The position numbers and the translations under genes are program-made. Below the pieces are notes generated by a model. It was not told the origin of the DNA. It made no database searches and worked only from the letters and a program-made list of their open reading frames with translations. A stretch of 64,000 nucleotides of DNA from Dictyostelium discoideum. Its lineage: Eukaryota. The stretch lies in NCBI GenBank assembly GCA_000004695.1, contig CM000152.2:5728001-5792000 (forward strand), written 5' to 3'. Positions 14,555 to 35,246 of the stretch are shown here, in pieces. The first letter of the stretch is position 1; the number at the start of each line of letters is the position of its first letter.

Positions 14555-15011
14555 TTTAAACAAAAGTTTGTAACATTTTGACAATTACCAAAAAAAAAAT
14601 AAAAATTAATATTTAATTTTTATTTTTATCATTCAACAATTATCAACAACAACAGTCATAAAAAAAAAAAAAAAAAAAAAAAGAAACACCTCCTTCACTA
14701 TCAACTTTATACATTTAGATAAATTTATTTTTATTATTTGAAGAGCAATCAAATATTAAAAAAATTATTAAAAAAAGAAAATTTATCAAACAAAAATAAT
14801 AATAATAATAATAATTTTTAATAACAAATATTGTAATGATTTGAAATTGATAAATCCATATTATTGGACTTAATTTCATTGAAAAAAAAAAGATATAATA
14901 ATTATAGAAATAAATAAAATCTATATATTATTTTTTTAATATTTATTATTAAAAACAAATTTAAACTTTATTTTATTATTATTTCTTTTTTTTTTTTTTT
15001 TTTTTTTTTTT

Positions 15012-16627
15012 TTATTTTCTTGATTCAAGTAATACTTTAAATTTATTTGGTTTTAAAGTTAAACCAAATTCTTCATAATCAGAAACTGGTGTACCAATAT
15101 TTTTTAAATTAAAATTTAATAAAATATTTGAAAATGATAAATATTGTTCATCACCTGCTAATTGTAAACCAACACATTTTCTATCACCAACACCAAATGG
15201 CATGTATGCATCATTATTTTTATTTAAAAATCTTGATGGATCGAATTGTGAAGGATTTTCAAAGTATTTTTCATTGAATCCTAAACCTCTATAATTAACA
15301 AGAATTTGTGAATCTTTTGGAATGAAATACTTACCATTACCAATTACGATATCATTTGATGAACGATGTGGTAATCCAAATGGTCCAACTGGATTTAAAC
15401 GTAATATCTCTTTAATAATTGCATTTAAATATGGTGTTTTTGGACGATCTGATAATAATACTCTATCTCTATCGCCTACAGCATCTTTAATTTCATTATA
15501 AGCTTTTAATTGAATTTCTGGATGTTCTTGCATTCTTAATACAAACCAAATTATACTTGCTGCTGTTGTATCCTAAATAAAAATTATAAAAAAATAATTA
15601 AAATTTGAAAGTTTAAAGAAAAATTAAAAAAAAAATAAATTATCATGATGTACAAACATTTCCAGCTAAAAACATATCAAGTGAAGTTTGTAAAATTGTT
15701 GGAATTAAATTTTTATCATTTGAAAATTCATTAATTAATAAATCCATTAAATCACGTGGATTATCATGATCAATTGTATTTATATGTTCTAAATATCTTT
15801 TATAAATGAATTTTTTAACTGTTGAAAATGGTCCATTAAATTGTTTATCTGAGAATTTTAACCATTGATAATAGAATGGTTGAGCGATTGATATAAAGTC
15901 ACCTAATTTACCAGACCCTAATGATTTGAAAATTTGGTCCATTGGTTGAACCAATTCTGCTATCTTGCCTTTGGTAATATCCTCATCATATGAAATATCC
16001 TCATTAAAAATATATTTAAACATTATTGATAATGTAAAACGTTGTGCATATAAATGAATTTCAAATGGGTTACCAGTGACTTGATACTGTTTCATTGATT
16101 TAATTAATTCATAAACTTGGCTATCCAACATATCATAAATCTTTTTAATTGATGTTCTTTTCATTGCATTTTGTACTAATTCTCTAGTTCTTTCCCAACG
16201 TTCATTTGATAATGATAAACCGTGATCACCACCAGCACCAAATTTAAATGTTGGTAATAATGGACGATATTTAAAATTTTCATGATTATCAACAAACATT
16301 TCCCTAATTAAAATTGGATCTGAAACTACAACTGTATAAACATCACCAAAATGTAATCTAAAAATTTCACCATAAACATTATGCATTTTTGTTAATGTAT
16401 AATGTGGTTCTTTTCCTAATTGATGTAAATTTCCAAGTAATGGAATTGGAAATGGTCCTGATAATTCATTTTTATGAATTTTCTTATATTTTTTAATCTA
16501 TTTTTTTTTTTTTTTTTTTTTTTAATTAGTATATTTTTTTTTTTTTAAAAAAAAATAAATGTAAAATACATACGCCGGAGCTAACAATACAAAATATAAA
16601 TAAATATAAAAATATATTAAATAACAT
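15012..16627 (-). CDS. cytochrome P450, 3 exons (16574..16627, 15658..16497, 15012..15572), about 484 aa
   Basis: N-terminal anchor [18 protein letters not shown], then [11 protein letters not shown]-helix FLAGN|DTTAAS, and heme loop [14 protein letters not shown]. Donors GTATGT(16573) and GTTTGT(15657); acceptors ATAG| and TTTAG|. Joins ORFs 15643..16386 and 15012..15533. Confidence 0.85.
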
Positions 16628-16852
16628 TTTTTATTATATTTATTTATTTTTTTTTTTTTTAGATGATTAAAAAAAATAACAATAAAAAAATAAAAAATAA
16701 AAAATAAAAAATAACAATAAAAAAAAATAAAAATAAAAAAATTTAAAAATAAAAATTGATGAACATTTTTTTTTTTTTTTTTTTGGGTGAGTTGAGATTT
16801 AAAATATCTTAAAAGGATTCAAAGAAAAAACCCAAAAATAATTTTTTCCAAC

Positions 16853-16887
<35 letters not shown>

Positions 16888-17444
16888 TTTTTAACGTCAC
16901 CAAATTCTTGATGGGCTATAATTGATTAATTAATAAAATTGATATCCAAACTTTTTTAATTGATTATCTTTTTGATATTGCTTGAATATTTTAACCACCT
17001 CAATATTCTTAATGTTTTAAATTTCTACTCACTTGTGTCAATTGTTAGTTTTATGCGTGGGTATGGATATTTTTAATATTGTAAAAGTTTTAATTTAATT
17101 TTTTATTTTTTTTTTTTATTTTTTTTTTTAAACCCTAGCCCTAAAAAAAAATTAAAAAAAAATTTATTATCTTGGTTCTTTAAATAAATTTTTTTTTTTT
17201 TTATTTTTTATTTTTTTTTTAGGAAATCGACCTGGGGTAAAATAAACTAAAAAGATATAAAAAAAGGGAATTAAGGTCTTTGGGAAAAATTAAAAAATAA
17301 AAAAATAAAAAAAAAAATAAAAATGAAAATATTTTTTTTTTTTTTTTTTTTTTATTATTTTTTTTTTTTTTTTTCATTATTATCTTTTTTTTTTTTTTCA
17401 GTCCATAGGTCCTTATAAATAAATAAATAAAAAAAAAAAAAAAG

Positions 17445-21854
<4,410 letters not shown>

Positions 21855-21927
21855 AATACATAATAATAAAATTATGTTAAAAACATAATAAACAAGTAAA
21901 TCAAATTTGAAACAAATAATTTTATTA

Positions 21928-21969
<42 letters not shown>

Positions 21970-22021
21970 CAATTATACAAATTTTTTTTTTTTTTATTTA
22001 TTATTCATTATTTATAATTAT

Positions 22022-22468
22022 TTATAATAAAGCAAATAATAAAGCGATAAGGATGGCAGAGAAAGAAGCAATCATGGTGGCGGCAGCAGATGAATCATCA
22101 CCTGATGAATCATCACCTGATGGTTCATCTTTATCAGCAAAACAAACAACAGAGATAGTTTCGGTGACTTTAATTACTTGTTCATTTGGTAAACAAGTTA
22201 ATCCGGTGGTTCCAAGTGGGCCTACACAACCTGCAGAACCATACATTTCGACATTGAATTGAGTTGAATTTGAGGTTGCAACTAATTTACCAAACATACC
22301 ACAAACACCTTGGCAAGCTCCATTTTGTGATGTGTAGACAATGGATGGATCACAGGTTTCTTGAGTAAGTGGGTTGGTACCTGTAATTTTGAATTCGCTG
22401 TAGGTAGTGGCTGAAACGATAGCAAAAACAAAGGCAACTAAGAGCAATAATGATTTATTTAATAACAT
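22022..22468 (-). CDS. ponticulin-like small GPI-anchored Cys-rich surface protein
   Basis: 148-aa ORF with N-terminal signal peptide (MLLNKSLLLLVAFVFAIVSA), about 8 Cys, Ser/Asp-rich stalk and a C-terminal hydrophobic GPI-signal-like tail (AAATMIASFSAILIALLFALL). Confidence 0.6.
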   Translation of the reverse strand: MLLNKSLLLLVAFVFAIVSATTYSEFKITGTNPLTQETCDPSIVYTSQNGACQGVCGMFGKLVATSNSTQFNVEMYGSAGCVGPLGTTGLTCLPNEQVIKVTETISVVCFADKDEPSGDDSSGDDSSAAATMIASFSAILIALLFALL

Positions 22469-23385
22469 TTTATTTTATTTGAATTTTATAATGAGCTGTT
22501 TAAAACTGAGGATGAACAAAAAAATAAAAATAAAAATCTTTTTTAAAAAAATTTATAATCATTTTTTTTTTTTTTTACTTTGCACCAAAAAAAAAAATAA
22601 AATAAAATAAAATAAAAAAATAATTCCAAAAAAAAAAATTGGAAAATATCTTATAAATAAAATTTTTTACTTTTTTTTTTATTTGAAGATTTTTTTTTTA
22701 ATTTTTTGATTAAGGGGTCAAATTCCTCATCAATTTTTTTCTTTTTTTTTTTTTATTTTATTTTTTTATTTTTTTTTTTTTTCTTCCTTTTAACACACCA
22801 CCGATTTGAGAATTTATTTTCAAAAACTATGAGACAGCCACTTTTTTTTTTTTTTATTATATATTACGATATGAGTCTTTTTTTGGAAGTTATATAGAAT
22901 TTGTTGACGCGACTTTATCATGTGGTCTTTACAGAAAAAATAGAAAAAAAATAAAATAAAATAAAAAATTCAACTAATGGTTTTATTTTATTTTATTTTA
23001 TTATGTGATGTTATATTATTTTATTATTTTATTATATTATATTATATTATATTATTTTATTCTATATAATATTATATTATTTTATTTTATTTTATCTTGT
23101 ATGGACAAAAAATTATTTTTATTATAGTTTCCTTTTATTTTATTTGTGAAAAGCTTTTTTTTTGGAAAAGATTTTATTTGTGAAGAGCGTCTAAAGTAAC
23201 AAATTTATTTTAACAAATGTCGATGTCATAATAAGTAGATTTGTAAATGCTTTTTTGAAAATAATATATTATTTAGAATGTCTAACAATTAATGATGAAT
23301 TTATTTTGACAAGTAATAATATTATTTTTTTTAAATTTCTATGAAATAGTTAAAATTTTTAATTTATATTCAAAATTTCATCAAA

Positions 23386-23467
23386 GACATCGTAGCGAAG
23401 TGGTCTAACGCGTTTGACTTGAAATCAAATCTCCTAGGAGGCGCAGGTTCGAACCCTGCCGATGTCG
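23386..23467 (+). tRNA. tRNA-Ser (anticodon UGA)
   Basis: 82 nt. Acceptor GACATCG/CGATGTC plus discriminator G; anticodon stem TTTGA/TCAAA with loop CUUGAAA; long variable arm CTCC-TA-GGAG; T-arm GCAGG-TTCGAAC-CCTGC. Confidence 0.85.
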
Positions 23468-23497
23468 ATAATTTTCAGTGGTGGTAAAAATGACGCA

Positions 23498-23508
23498 GGT
23501 TCGATTCT
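23498..23508 (+). promoter_or_regulatory. extra B-box (ex-B) downstream of the tRNA gene
   Basis: GGTTCGATTCT lies about 30 bp past the tRNA 3' end, matching the pol III B-box consensus with no accompanying acceptor stem. Confidence 0.5.
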
Positions 23509-23520
23509 GTATAACAATAC

Positions 23521-23990
23521 ACACCAAACAAATCCCTAATTCAACACCATTCAAATTATTTGATTTAAATTTATGTCTTTAAGTTTTTGCTACATCTGCG
23601 TAAAGAAAACACTAGAACTAATCAAATTGAAAAACTTCACATTCATTGAAACAGGTATAGTCAAACAAAGGCCACCAAAGAAACAGATACAAAAACAATA
23701 ATGTTTTAACAGAACTACACAAAATAATAGGAATGATCGTGGGAATGATCGTGGTGAAGTTAACCAATACAAAGCAAATCTTCGATTCCACAAAGATTAC
23801 TTTTATTCCACAAAGATTACTTTGAGAGGGAAATCAATGTGTAAATTATGACCTATCTAGATACTTATAGAAACATAATTCATAACACCTGGGTTTGGAT
23901 CTACAATCAATTGTATAGCGACAAACCCTCCACAGATGAAAAACTATCTGTATTTAAATCTAAAAACTCTTAAATAAACCACGATTTTTT
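23521..23990. mobile_element. possible remnant of a tRNA-targeted retroelement (TRE3-like position), or a complex non-coding island
   Basis: Compositionally distinct (less AT-rich) block starting about 55 bp downstream of the tRNA and ex-B. Internal short tandem duplications (gaatgatcgtgg x2; attccacaaagattactttt x2). No ORF. Confidence 0.25.
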
Positions 23991-24283
23991 TTAATACCTT
24001 AATATTTCAAATAATTAATATCTGAAAAAAAAAAAAAAACCATCCTAACTACAAATTGACATTGAAGCTTCTTTTGCCTCAAATATATGCAACACTACTA
24101 AATACATTATACCTAATAAAATTAAAATTTTCTTAACATGTTATAATTAGTGAAAAAAAAAAAAAAAAAAAAAGACGTCATTGTAACTTGTGTTATAATA
24201 ATTTCTTTCTTTTTATAATTATTTTATTTTGGAAAAAATAAATTTTGTACAAATACTATTATTATTATTTATTAAATTTATTT

Positions 24284-27238
<2,955 letters not shown>

Positions 27239-27701
27239 ACCAATTTATTTGGAAAAAAAAAAAAAAAAAAAAAGACAAATAAATAATAAATAATAAATGA
27301 AAAAGAATCTAAAAAAAAAAAAAAGTTCAAAAAAAAAAAAAAAAAAAAAAAATTATTCCTTTTGTGCTTAAGATAGTAAAAATAATTTTAAAATATTGCA
27401 GTTACTTTGGTTTTTTTTTAATGTTTTTTGTTTTTTTTTTTAAAAAAAAAAAAATTCAAATTTTTTTTTTTTTTTAATTTTTTTTTTTTTTTTTTTTTTT
27501 AATATTTCATTTAATTTAACGACATAAGGTTCGATTTTTAGTTTGGATTGATCTGTTTTTTTTTTTTTTAAATTCATTTTCCAAATTTTTTTTTTTTTTT
27601 GTTTTCTCTAATATATAAGAAATAGATAAAAAAAAAAATAAAAAAACAAAAAAAAAAATAAAAACAAATAATATATTTAATTTATTATATAAATAGTAAA
27701 A

Positions 27702-30268
27702 ATGAATACTACTATTACAAATAATACAATGAATATTGTACCAATTAGTCAACAACAACAGCAACAACAGCAACAACAACAGCAACAACAGCAACAACAA
27801 CAACAACAGCAACAACAACAGCAACAACAGCAACAACAACAACAACAGCAACAACAACAGCAACAACAGCAACAACAACAACAACAGCAACAACAACAAC
27901 AACAAATGGAAGTTGGTGATACACCAGGAACTTATTTATGTTCAAAATGTGGTCAAATTAAAAAAGGTCATTTATGTCCAGAAAAGAGAGGTGGTGGTGT
28001 TACTATTAGTGGTGTTGCTGGTAGTAGTATTGGTATTGGTGGTATTAGTAATGTTGGAGGGGTTATTGGTGGTAGTGGAGCTAGTAGTAGTGGTGTAGTT
28101 GGTATTGATCAACAAGTTATGCCAATGTTTGGTATGCAAGGTGCAATGGCAACTAGAAGAGCCAATATTCAGTTACAACAAATCTTTCAACAACAACAAC
28201 AACAACAAAAACTTCAAAATGATATTCAACTTCAAAGCTTTAATGAATATCAACAACTTCTAATTGAACAACATGCTGCCACCTCTTACTTTAGCTATAC
28301 ACTAACACCTGAACAAAAAAAAGCACGTGAAAAGAATGCTTCCGATTTTAATTCAATCTTATTATTAGAAAGACAAGAAAGATATCCACATTATGTACGT
28401 ATATATATTTTTTATAAAATTAAATATAGATAAATAAATAAATTTAATAATTAATAATTAATTTTAAAAAAATAATTTAGTTTGATCCACATACAAAAAC
28501 ACTTCAAGTTATTAGTAGTTGGGGTATTAAAGTTTCAGATAAATGGAATGATGTACCAGAATTTGAAAAGAAATTAATAAATTATCAAAATCAACAAATG
28601 ATTAATAATAGATACGTTTATTTACAACAACAACGTGATATTCATGAGATTCAAAAAGAGATGTTAATGAATCATCAGAAGCAAGAGAAACAAATCGCAA
28701 GATATCAAGAATTGGAGAGAGATAGAAAAAAGAAGATCGAAGAAGAGATCGAAGCTATTGTACGTCCAAGATCTAATGTGTCTGCTTATTTTCACTATAT
28801 GAATATTAATCGTGAAGATGAGAAAAGAATGAACCCTGATGTACCACTCTCAGATATCTCAAAGATTTTAGGCGCAAAATGGAAACAATTGACACCAGAT
28901 GACCAAAAAGAGTACTATGAAAAAGCTAGAGAAGATAAAATTCGTTATGAAAATGAGATGGTATTGTACAATCAAAAATGTAAAGAAGTTGAAAATAGTT
29001 TCCCACAAATTAACTTTCAATTATTAATTAATTCACCACCACCACAACCAACTCAACAACAATTACAACAATTACAACAACAAAGACAAATTCAACAACA
29101 ATTACAACAACAACAACAACAACAACAATTACAACAACAACAACAATTACAACAACAATTATTACAACAACAACAACAACAACAATTACAACAACAATTA
29201 TATCAACAACAATTACTACAACAACAATTACAATTGCAACAACAACAACAACAACAACAACAACAGAAACCAATGCAACAACCATTACAACAACCATTAC
29301 AACAACAACCAATGCAACAACAACAACCAATGCAGCAACAACAATTGCAAAATCAACAACAGCAACAACCATTACAAAATCAACAACAACAACAACAACA
29401 ACAACAACAACCATTACAAAATCAACAAATTATTAATAATATTACAAGTTCAAGTACATCAACTAGTGGTCAACAATTTACATGTGATCATTGTAGTCAA
29501 TTAGATTTGAATAGTAATTTAATAACTTGTTCATCATGTAGTAAAAAGTATCATGCTAAATGTTTAAATTTACATCAAAAGTGTATTGATAAGTATAGAG
29601 AAGATCCAACTCAATGGAAGTGTACAGATTGTAAAAGTTGTGAACTATGTGATGACTCTGGTCATGATGAGAAAATGTTATTTTGTGATGTTTGTGATAA
29701 AGGTTATCATACTTTTTGTTTAACACCACCATTATCTCAAACTCCTGAAGGTGGTTGGAGATGTAACGATTGTGCTTTCTGTATTCATTGTTATTCAAGA
29801 GTTGATAAAAATAGTCTCAATAAAATTAAATGGAAAGAAAATTATACATGTTGTGATTCTTGTTTTTCAAAAGGTTTTAGTGAAAAATCAGTAAGTATAT
29901 TAAAAAAAAAAAAAAAAAAAATTAAATTAACTTTTTATTAATACTTTTTTTTTTTTTTTTTTTTACTAATATTATTTCTATAGAAATATTGCCCAATTTG
30001 TAGTCATTCAATAAAAGATGAAGGAGAAGAAGAAGATTCTATAACTACTTGCCAATATTGTCATAAATCAGTTCACGATCATTGCGATCAAAATATTATA
30101 GATAACCTTGAAAATGAGCATTTCATTTATAAATGTCCAAATTGTATTAGTGACAAGCAAATAAAACCAAGAGGAATAATTGGTGTTGTTGAAGAAAAGA
30201 CTCCAAAGAAATCATTAGGTAAAAGAAAAAAGAAAGATGATGAAGATGATGTTAATATTGAAGATTAA
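27702..30268 (+). CDS. HMG-box plus tandem PHD-finger protein with poly-Q tracts, 3 exons (27702..28394, 28481..29890, 29984..30268), about 795 aa
   Basis: Donors GTACGT(28395) and GTAAGT(29891); acceptors TTTAG(28480) and TATAG(29983). HMG box RPRSNVSAYFHYMNINREDEKRMNPDVPLSDISKILGAKWKQLTPDDQKEYYEKA. Two PHD-type C4HC3 fingers (CDHCSQ...CSSCSKKYHAKC; CELCDDSGHDEKMLFCDVCDKGYHTFC). Third exon holds a further Cys/His cluster. Confidence 0.85.
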
Positions 30269-30367
30269 AAAAAAAATAAAAAATAAAAATAAAAAAATAA
30301 AAAAAATAATAATAATAATAAATACAATCAACTCAAAATAATAATAATAATCATAAATAAAAAATAA

Positions 30368-30418
<51 letters not shown>

Positions 30419-30658
30419 AAAACAAACTTAAGTTTACTATTTATTTAATACTGTAAAATTACTATTTTGTTTTTATTTATTTTTATTTTTTTATTTTTTT
30501 TTTTTTTTATTTATTATTACTATTATTACTATTACTATTATCAAATCTTTTTTAATTATTTTTTTTTTTTTTGTTTTTTTATTTTTTTTAAAAATTCTGT
30601 ATATCTTTAGATTATTGTTTTGTTTTTTTTTTTTTTTTTGATTTTAATTTTTTTGAAT

Positions 30659-31305
30659 TTATCTATTATTTGGTTGTTGTTGTTGGAATGGTTTAATCTT
30701 TCTAGCATTACTAACACCTTCACCAGTTACCCAAGGATGAATTAAGCATTGTTCGAAAGTGAATCTTTTTTCAGGATTCTTTTCAATGAGATGTGAAACC
30801 AAATCTTTTGCTTCATTTGAAACTTCTAAACCTTCAGGCCAACCATAATCTACATTTCTAATTTTCTCATAAAGTACAGCATTATTCTTATCCCAAAATG
30901 GGAAACAACCAGTCAATAAAACATAGGTGATAACACCAACACTCCATAAATCACATGCTTTATCGTATGGTTTACATTCTAAAACTTCTGGTGCTACATA
31001 TTCTGGTGAACCACAACATGTTTCTAAATAATCACCATCTCCAAATATTTTACTTAATCCAAAATCTGCTACCCTAATATCATCACCTTCTTCACCTGCA
31101 CATAATAAATTTTGTGGTTTCAAATCTCTATGAGCAATTCCATTAGCATGTAAATGACCAACTGCTGATACGATTTGTCTAACAATTTTACTTGCATCTT
31201 GTTCTGAATATTCACCTCTTTGTACAATTTTATCAAATAATTCACCACCTGTAACCCTAAAAATTAAAATTTAATTACATATAATTAATAAATTATTATT
31301 AATTG

Positions 31306-31360
<55 letters not shown>

Positions 31361-31806
31361 GTAGTAGCAAAATTTGAAATAGCCACTTACAATTCCAATA
31401 CTAAATGAAGATGTTTAGTAGTTTCATAAACTTCATATAATTTTAAAATATTTGGATGATCTCCAACCTTTTTCATAATTTCAATCTCTCTCATGAGTAA
31501 TTTATTTTTAATGAATCTTGTATTAATTGATTTAATTGCAACTTTTGTACCTGTAGCTCTACTAGTTGCTTCTCTAACAATTGAAAATGCACCTCTAATT
31601 TTTTTATAATTAGTAATGTATAATTTTATATTATTAAAATTAAAATTAATTTTTATATTTTTTATTTACCTTCCAATTTCATTTCCTAAAATATAATTTA
31701 ATCTCAACGGAGAATTGCTACTCTCTACTTCAATTTCATCACCACTTTGTAATTCATCGTCTGAAATGTTATCAATCTCCTCATCTGAACTATCCATTCT
31801 ATCCAT
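30659..31806 (-). CDS. CaMK-like Ser/Thr protein kinase, 3 exons (31670..31806, 31391..31594, 30659..31256), about 312 aa
   Basis: GNEIGRGAFSIVREA...VAIK (Gly loop and Lys); HRDLKPQN; DFGLSK; GSPEYVAPE. Donors GTAAAT(31669) and GTAAGT(31390); acceptors AATTAG| and TTTAG|; phases 2/2 verified. Intron 2 carries a (TTG)n microsatellite at about 31305..31362. Confidence 0.85.
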
Positions 31807-32062
31807 TTATTATTGTTTTTTGTTTTTTGTTTTTTGGTTTTTTTTAATTTTTGTAAAAAAAAAAAAAAATGTGTGTGTAGGTAGATATGCGTGTATATAA
31901 ATAATAATAATAATATAAGTGTGTGTCTGTCTGTCTGTGTGTATATGTGCGTGTGCGTGTACGTGTGTGTAATTGTTGTTTGTTTTTATGTGATGGTTTT
32001 AAAATAAATAAATAAATAAACAATATAATACAACAAATATCTTTTTAGATAAGAAAAAATAA

Positions 32063-32093
<31 letters not shown>

Positions 32094-32220
32094 GAAAATA
32101 TATATAAAAATTAATTAAAAATAAAAATTAATATTTAAATTTTATAAATTTAATATAGAAGAGAAAAAAAAAAAAAAAAAAAAAAACAATATGAATACTG
32201 AGGATATATACAATTGGTTT

Positions 32221-32255
<35 letters not shown>

Positions 32256-33169
32256 TGTTGAAAAAAAAACTTTTTTCATTTTTTTTTTTTTTTTTTTTTT
32301 TATTTTTATTTTTAATTTTAATTTTTTATTTTTTTTTTTTGGAGGAGTTAACTCTGTCAACCCCAAAAAAAAAAATAAAAAAAAAAATAAAAAAAGTTTT
32401 TTTTTTTTTTTTTTATTTTTAATTTTTTTTAGTGCGCCATCACTTTCTGATTTATTCTTAAAAGATTCAATTAAATTCCACACAAAGGAGGTATGGTTAT
32501 GATGACCAATAATATTTGAACTTTAGTGAGGGATTGATTCCATATAATTCATATTTTCACAATTGATATATTTTTTCAATATTTACCATAATTTTTTTTT
32601 TTTAAATAATAAATAAATTCCAAAACAAATATTTACAAAATGTTTTTTTTTTTTTTTTTCAACAACCAAAAAAATGAAAAATTATAAAAAAATGCAGAAA
32701 AGAGTTTAAAAAAAAAATTTAAAACTATTAAAAAAAAAAAGAAATAAAATTCTTTGTTCAAAAAAATGATAATATTATTTAAAAATAAAAATAAAAGTGA
32801 AAAAAAATGAGAGTAATCTTATTTTTTTGTTTTTATTTTTAGAATATTTTATTATTTTTATTTTTTTTGTTTTATTATGAAAAAACAAAGAAAGTCTATT
32901 TTTTTTTATAGACATTTAAAAAAAAAAAAAAAAAAAAAAAAATGGATGTAATTAAATTTGATTTAAAATTAAAAAAAATAGTAAAAATAGAAATAAAATA
33001 TATAAAAAAGGTTATAACTATTTAATTTAAATTTTTTATTTTGTCTGTTTACAAATTTTTTTTTTTTTTAAAATAAAATAAATGAAAATAAGAAATAAAC
33101 TCACCAAGATCAAAAAAATGAAACAATTTAACGAACGATAAATATTTAAATTCTAAAAATAAAAGTATA

Positions 33170-33222
<53 letters not shown>

Positions 33223-34311
33223 ACAATAATTACATTCAATTTATTTATATTTTAGATCGTTTTGTGTGTTTTTGAGTGTTCCATTTATCTATACTAAATC
33301 TATATTAAAAATAAATTAAATTAAAATAAAATGAAAAAAAAAAAAAAAAGAAATTTTCTTTTTATTTTTTAAAGTGTAAAATTTAATGTGCAACAATAGA
33401 ATTATTTGGTCCAAAAATAAAAATAAATTTTTATTACCTGTTTGGGTTGGAGAAATAAGCAAAAATAAAAAAAATAAAATCATCAATAGAAATAAAAACA
33501 AAAAAAAAAATAAGAAATAAAAATAATAATTATTACAATTCATTGTTTCAAATAAATAAAAAGAAAACATTATTACAATTCTTTATTTAGGCTTAATTTT
33601 TTTATTTTTTTATTTATTTTTATTATTATTTTTTTTATTTTTTTTATTTTAAAGAATCAATACTCCATTTTTTAGGCTTTGAATTTTCTCTTGAAATTTT
33701 TATTTTATTTTTATTTTTTTTCATTTTTTTATTTTTATTTTTTTTTTTTTTTATTTTTTTTTTTTTTTTTAAAATTTTTATATACGCAACAATCAATTTT
33801 TTTTTTTTTTTTTTTTGGAATATCCTATCTACGCAACAAAAAAAAAAAAAAAGTAATAATCTAAAAAATAAAAAAATAAAAATAAAAATAAATATAAAAA
33901 TAAAAATAAAAATAAAAATAAAAAAACAAACAACCAAAAATAAAAAAAAAACAATCACAAGGTGAAAGAGATATACACTAAGTTTAAAATAATCATAAAG
34001 GCAATGGGTGAAGATAAAAAAAAAAAAAAAATATAACAATAATAAATAATAAAAATATATTGATAGTGCCTCAAATTTAAATTATCTCTTTCTTTTATGA
34101 TTGACCCAATTTTTATTTTATTTTATTTTATTTGGTTTTATTTTAAGATATAGTATTAACCTATTTTTATTTTTACTATAATAGGAACTGTATATTTTCA
34201 ATCGATAAACTTTTTTTTTTTTTTCAAAGATTCAATAAATAGTGTGATAGTTTTGTAACAAAACCTTAAAAAAAAAGACACATATACAAATATATATATA
34301 TAGATGTAAAG

Positions 34312-34476
34312 ATGAATAGCAAACAAATTCTTTCATTAAGTGCATTCGCCATGACAATTGCCACAGCTGCTGCTGGTAACTGGAATGCTGGTGACACAAT
34401 TGCCTTATTAATTGGTATTGCCATGTTCTTTGTTCTCCTTTTAGCTCTCTTAGGTTGGATCAGCAGAAAGAAATAA
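34312..34476 (+). CDS. candidate small (54 aa) membrane protein
   Basis: GC-enriched island in AT-rich intergenic DNA: MNSKQILSLSAFAMTIATAAAGNWNAGDTIALLIGIAMFFVLLLALLGWISRKK*. Below the ORF-track size cutoff. Confidence 0.4.
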   Translation: MNSKQILSLSAFAMTIATAAAGNWNAGDTIALLIGIAMFFVLLLALLGWISRKK

Positions 34477-34649
34477 ATTTAAACAACAGCAAATAACGAA
34501 TTTTTATTAGAATAAAAGAAAAAGAAAAAGAAAAACAATAAGAAAATAAAAAATAATAAAAAAAAATAATAAAAAAAAAAAAAAAAAAAAAAAATGTCAA
34601 ATTAGGAGTTAAATTATTATTATTAATATTATTAATATTATTATTTTTA

Positions 34650-34690
<41 letters not shown>

Positions 34691-34925
34691 GGAAATTTTA
34701 AATAAAAAAAAAAAAAAAAGACTATTAACCATAAACTTTTACATTGCTTCCCTCAAAACTTTTGGTGGTAGTTTATTATTTTTTTATTTTTTTTATTTTT
34801 TATTTTTTTTATTTTTTTTATTTTTTTTTATTTTTTTGATTGCAGTGTTTTTGTAATTTATTATTATTTATATTTTTTATAATACTGTATTGAGAATATT
34901 TGATAGCTCATTAGATTATAATAAA

Positions 34926-34973
<48 letters not shown>

Positions 34974-35246
34974 TATTTTTGCAAATTTGGTTGTTGTGTT
35001 TATTTCTAATTAATTGTTGGTGGCAAAATAATTCTCTTAAAATTATTGTTTTGGTAATAAGGATTTTTAATTTAAAAAGGATATTTTCTATGTTTAAATT
35101 TTTTTTATTTTATTTTTATTTATTTTATTTTTTTATTTTTATTTTTTATTTTTTATTTTTTATCTTTTTTTTTTTTTTTTTTGTGTTTGTAAAATTTTCA
35201 AAAACCAAAAATTAATTTTTTCGTTGTTTTTATTTATTATTCTTGA

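Noticed and set aside
14555-14800. Candidate SECIS elements in the selD 3' UTR (around tttgatttaaacaaaagtttgtaacattttgacaattacc and atttgaagagcaatcaaat)
   Set aside because: Neither has a clean ATGA...AA...GA core with a supporting helix; left as unresolved rather than annotated.
23470-23512. Second tRNA-like sequence after tRNA-Ser(UGA) (AGTGGTGG...GCAGGTTCGATTCTG)
   Set aside because: Only D-loop-like and B-box-like motifs; no acceptor or anticodon stems; interpreted as the ex-B box rather than a tRNA pseudogene.
27516-29414. poly-L/poly-V ORFs (27516..27905 minus, 27736..28098 plus, 27745..27945 minus, 29028..29414 minus)
   Set aside because: Other frames of the CAA/CAG poly-Q coding repeats of the HMG/PHD gene.
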